From positions 268,026,001 through 268,090,000 of the forward strand of contig OZ024742.1 of assembly GCA_964016885.1 (NCBI GenBank): a stretch of 64,000 nucleotides of DNA, written 5' to 3'. The translations under genes and the position numbers were made by a program. The notes below the pieces were generated by a model. That model saw only the letters and a list, made by a program, of their open reading frames with translations, made no database searches and had not been told where the DNA came from. The DNA is from Eledone cirrhosa (Eukaryota). Below are positions 58,818 to 64,000 of this stretch, piece by piece (position 1 is the stretch's first letter; every line of letters begins with the position of its first letter).

Positions 58818-60124
58818 AGCATGTGCGACCCAACAGAAATGGAAAGACACATCCAACACTTCATCAACCGCATGCAGTTCTCTGGCTACAACCAAATAGA
58901 CAGAATCAGAGTATACGAAGGAGCCACGGAGAAGTATAAGACCCTCATAGAACTGGACATGAAAGGAATTTGCCCATTATACAGGAGCAAATCATGGAAT
59001 AGCTTAGATAGGGCTAGACATAAGATGGGGAAAGCCACCTCATGGTACGACAACCAGAGATACCAGAGTGTCATGTTTGTGGACGCTACCCCTGGAGGGA
59101 AATTAGCTAACCAGAGTAGAAAGGCCCTGAGAAAGACCCACTTAAAGATTAAGGTGATAGAAAAGTCAGGAACCACCATAAAATCCCTGATCAGCAAAAC
59201 ATACCCTTTTAAGAAAACCCACTGTACTAATAGGAAATGTATCATATGTAAAGTAAACCACCGGATAAACTGTAAAACTAGAAACGTAGTCTATAGCATA
59301 AGATATACAGAGGGTACTTGCCGAAATATGACAATAACATACATAGGCGAGACAGCTCGTAGCATAGGTGAAAGGATATACCAACACTGGGGGAACTAAA
59401 AGGACGAAAAAACGGTTCAGTACTATACGAATATGCCAGACAACAACACGACGGTAACATAGACAACATAGAAATTAGAATAATATGTAAATATGAAATG
59501 ACCCAGCAGATAGGCAAATCAGAGAGGCCAGTGAAATAGAACTTAGAAGGCCAAGGCTAAACAGAAAGAAATGAATGGAATAACAACAACACCCAAACAA
59601 ACAACACTGGCCTAAGAGAAGTATAAATAAATAAATAAATAGGTAAATAAATAAATACATACACAAACACAATAACAACAAACACATATAAACACACACT
59701 AGTAAAGATAGAATACATTAACCAATACACAGTCACCCAAACACGAACACACATCAAACAAAACGCTATACACACACGCAAACGCATGCGCAAAGAACAC
59801 AAAAAACAATGAACAAATAAATAAATATATAAACAGACTAAATAAAGATGGCGTAGACATACATTGCAACGGGAGGAAACAATAGCACCACTGACGATGT
59901 TGCAGATGTACAACGAAATAACTTTGATATACTATATATATGTCTTTGTATCTATTTTGTATCTGTATTTTTGACCGTTGGTCAGTCAATGGCAACATTG
60001 AGGACCGAATTAATTAAATTAACCGATATAAAAGACACAGAAGCGAACAGCGAAAACCAACCAAACAGTGAGTGTGTTCTGTTATTAATTCTGGCAATAT
60101 TATACAAATATGACCCTCCCCAAT
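58818..60124 (+). mobile_element. Nematis-like PLE, subfamily A, 3' part
   Basis: ORF 58698..59399: [58 protein letters not shown] at 59887-59928. Confidence 0.88.
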
Positions 60125-60137
60125 TATATATATATAT

Positions 60138-60446
60138 ATCGTTTCTGAATTTGTTTAGCAAGATTCTTTATCTGAAAACGTGTGTTGAAACCGATATTGT
60201 TATACTTTGGGAGGGTCATGTTGTCAATAAGAAACACACGGACCAGTTGCTTTCACTTCAATTTATTATAATAAATTTATAAATTTAGGAATTTATAAAT
60301 TTCCGGTTGGTTGGTTGGTTCCACAATCAGATGGTTGTTTATATATTGTCAAAGTTATTTCGTCACACATTCTGTGACCTCTTCAGTGACTGGGGATACT
60401 TTTCTTTGTTTTGTGCCTCTCCTTTGTTCTGTCCTACGCCATCTTG
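60138..60446 (-). mobile_element. Solo pLTR of subfamily B (HHR at 60348-60390)
   Basis: Reverse complement of 63138-63428; gtca CTGAAGA g-gtcaca-gaatg-tgtgac GAAA taa CTT tgac. Confidence 0.85.
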
Positions 60447-61016
60447 AGAATTGGTGGGAGCATCAACCACCACCTGTACTTGAAAAAGATCATATCTCAA
60501 TCTTGTGGAACTCTAGCATCCAAAGAGACCGAAAAATAGATGCAAATAGACCTGATATAATACTGAAGGACTATAAAAAGAGGGTATGCCTGATAATTGA
60601 TATGTCCGTTCCAATAGACAAGAATGTATCTATAAAAACATTTGAAAAATTGAGCAAGTATAAGGACCTGGAGATAGAAATTGGAAAAATGTGGAATTTT
60701 GAACTAAAACAATACTAGTGGTTGTAGGCGCTCTAGGAATGATACCTAAGGGGTGTAATGATTACTTATGGCAAATCCCAGAAAACCCGCGTATGAGAGA
60801 AATACAAAAGATGGGAATTGCCCATAAACTAAGGAAGGGTCTGTCAATATAAGTACATCACAAGTCTAAACACCTAAAGATGCATGTGTGTGTATGTATG
60901 TTGTTTATTGAACATGGCGGACCTTGTTGTCTCTTGAGGTCACTGGTTGTGACTTGGTGATAACTCGTATGGACATAAAGCAAGATAAATGCAACTGTAA
61001 TAATAATAATAATAAT
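60447..61016 (+). mobile_element. R4/Dong-like LINE 3' end with restriction-like endonuclease
   Basis: WWEHQP..ILWN..ANRPDIIL..LIIDMSVP..EKLSKYKDLEIEI..VVVGALG, followed by a (TAA)n tail. Confidence 0.85.
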
Positions 61017-61519
61017 GGTTACAAATGGTCACAAATGGGAGAAAACAATAGTCAAATAATTTCGCCACCAACACTCCCACCGCCTTCACCACCACCACCA
61101 CTATCACAACATTTAGCTAGAGACAAACCAACAGCAGCAACAGCACCATCACTACAGTACTACTACCCCATCACCACCGTCACCACTCCATCATCGCTAC
61201 CACCACTATTTTCTCACTACCTCCTGTTAAGAGGGGGAAGTTGTAGTGCCACTACACATGACTAGAAACGAGGAAGTCACCAACAGATATAAATAGACTG
61301 ATTTAGTGACCCGGTCAAACAGCTAACAACAACACCATAATAATTTTTGTCGTTGTATCTCTAAACTCTCTCAAAATGTTAGTTCAAACGAGGTCAAATA
61401 ATAATAATAATAATGAGTTCTGTATTGGCCACAAGGGCTGACATCAAGAAAAACATTACAGACGGCACAGGACGGTACGATGTGGGTTTTGTGCTTGTAT
61501 CTAGGTACATATGACCATA

Positions 61520-63425
61520 ACAACCTCTGCCCCACAATGCCAGCAAGTGGCAGACCACCTACCATTACTTCAATGGCCAAGAAAACCCACACAGAAAGAT
61601 GGAACGGGTGGATCAGAGCCATACGGACCCCCGAAACCAGGATGAACTAAAGAAGATAATCGCACATGCGGTGGGGGCCAGTATGAAACTAACCCTTAAG
61701 GAGCATATGTTCAAATGTAATGGAAAATCATATGCCCAAGGGGAGGGAACAGCCATTGGTGTTAGCATTGCAGGTGACATAGCTCACCTATGTATGGTAT
61801 GGTAGGACAATAAACTTAAGAAACAATTAGAAGACAACAATCTCTTAACTCTGATTATGTACTCCCACTACGGTGATGATATAAACATCGTAGTAAAAAC
61901 ACCTCCACTAGAAAAACAATCACGAATTAGAGAAAAACACCATGGAAAGCATCCATCAAATAGCTAACTCCATCCACCAGAGCATCAAAGTTACTATAGA
62001 CTACCCAAGCAAACACCCCAAACATCTATTACGTACTAGACACAGAGCTCTGGTTAGAAAACATTAATAACAAAAAACAAATCCTCCATTCCCATTATGC
62101 CAAACCCATGACTTCCAAATACCTGATCTACCGAAACTCGGCTGTTTCGGATCACACCAAAATCAACATACTGATTGCGGATTTAGTAAGGGTGATGAGG
62201 AACGTGTCCCGCATGTGCAACCCCAAAGAATTAGAGAGACACATACAACATTTCATCCACCGTATGCAGTTCTATGGCTACAATCAGTGAGTTAAAATCA
62301 GAGTATATAGAGGAGCCAGAACCAAATGGGAAAAAAATCGTAAATAATGATACAAATGGGAACTTCCCCTTGTAGAGTAGCAAATCTTTGAATAGAATAG
62401 AAATAACTAGGAATAAGGTTAATAAAATAAACTCATGGTATGATTGCAATAAATACCAGAGTGTAATGTTCATCAATACAACCCCTAGAGGTGAACTAAC
62501 TAACACATTTAGAAAGGCCCTAGATAAACTTAAACTAAATATTAAGATAGTGGAAAGATCAGGTACCTGCATAGAAACACTAATTAGTAATACATACCAT
62601 TTTCAAAGACCTCCCTGTATAGATAGGAAATGCATAATCTGTAAGCTAAGCCCTCATATTAACTATAAAACTAGAAACATAGTATATAGCATAAGATGTA
62701 CTGATGGACAATGAACAAATCAGAATATAATGTACATAGGTGAGACAGCTGGTAGCATAAACGATTAAATCAACACTGACGAGAACTCCAAGATAGAAAA
62801 GACTCATCAATACTCCACCAACATGCTAAAATAGAACATAAGGGCAAATTAGAGAACATATAGATAAAAAGAGAATCTACACACAGAAAAGACGCAATGC
62901 TTAGAAAAATCACAGAGGTAATAAACTTAAATGAACGCCAACCAACATTAAATAGAAAACATGAATGGAATAGCAACATCACAACTTATAATTAATGACA
63001 AAATGAAAACACACACACACATAGAACAAAAAACTAACTAGTAACATGTAAATAAACAAATAATTAAACAAATAAAAACACACACAGACACCCAAATGTA
63101 ACACATGCGCAAACTAAGCACACATCACACACAAAAACAAAATGGCGTAGGACAGAACAAAGGAGAGGCACAAAACAAAGAAAATAATCCCCAGTCACTG
63201 AAGAGCTCACATAATGTGGGACGAAAGAACTTTGACAATATATGAACATCCGATTGTGGAACCAACCAACGAACCAACCGGAAATTTATAAAATTTATAA
63301 AATCTATAATAAATTGGAGTGAAACATCTAGTGCGTGTGTTTCTTATTGGCAACATGACCTTCCCAAAGTATAACAATATCGGTTTCAACGCACGTTTTC
63401 AGAAAAAGAAACTTGCTAAACAAAT

Positions 63426-63430
<5 letters not shown>
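61520..63430 (+). mobile_element. Nematis-like PLE, subfamily B: RT C-half, GIY-YIG, pLTR (HHR at 63194-63236)
   Basis: YAQGEGTAIGVSIAGDIAHLCMVW*D, YSHYGDD, KPMTSKYLIYRNSA, CIDRKCIIC, YIGETA; several stops. Confidence 0.9.
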
Positions 63431-63467
<37 letters not shown>

Positions 63468-64000
63468 TTTATTTATTATCACAACTATCTGGGGCTGTCA
63501 TGAATATAATGGCGGGTACCAAAGCCCAATACTCTATTCGCAGAAACTTTATAATTCACTAGAAATTGCAAGAATTATTGGTTGATGGGCAAAGCAGCTG
63601 CAGTTATTCTCGTAGATGAATTCAATAACCTCAGATTGACGGGCATATTATAAATGTAATTACTCTTTCTCTTGAAAGAGTGCCTATACAATATCATGTA
63701 CACAAGACACAAGATGCCACGTATACATATATTCATACACACATACATGCATACACACACATATGCATAAATACTTACATGCATACATGCTTACATACAT
63801 ACATTCATGCATACGTACATATATTATACTTCTGGTGGAGCTGTCGGATTGTTGCATGCACTTGAAATAGACATGATATTTAGGGATCACAATAATGTAG
63901 AATGAAAACATTAGATTTCAGTATTATGGAGATGCGGCATTATATATTGTGTAACTCAATATCATTTTGTTTTCCGTCCGTTACTTAATAGTAACTAATT

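Overview
AT-rich eukaryotic, repeat-saturated DNA; octopod cephalopod origin is inferred from the Nin/Deu-type SINEs and the repeat mix. No host protein-coding gene could be supported, and most ORF-track entries are (TA)n artefacts. The window holds mostly 5'-truncated retroelements: Penelope-like elements (PLEs) of at least three types (Naiad-like, Neptune-like, and a third provisionally Nematis-like), Tx1/L1, CR1, RTE and R4/Dong LINE relics, and tRNA-derived SINEs. A ~3.1 kb block is duplicated 4 kb apart. The main unexplained signal is a dense set of type I hammerhead ribozyme (HHR) motifs: about 12 sequence families and over 20 copies, found by eye. They include non-coding retrozyme-like repeats (565-nt and 993-nt units), HHRs with long branched helix-II insertions, U3-A8 and C4 core variants, and palindromic helix-III loops. 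Most HHR elements sit in (TA)n microsatellites. All RNA folds are manual; activity and clade names need testing.
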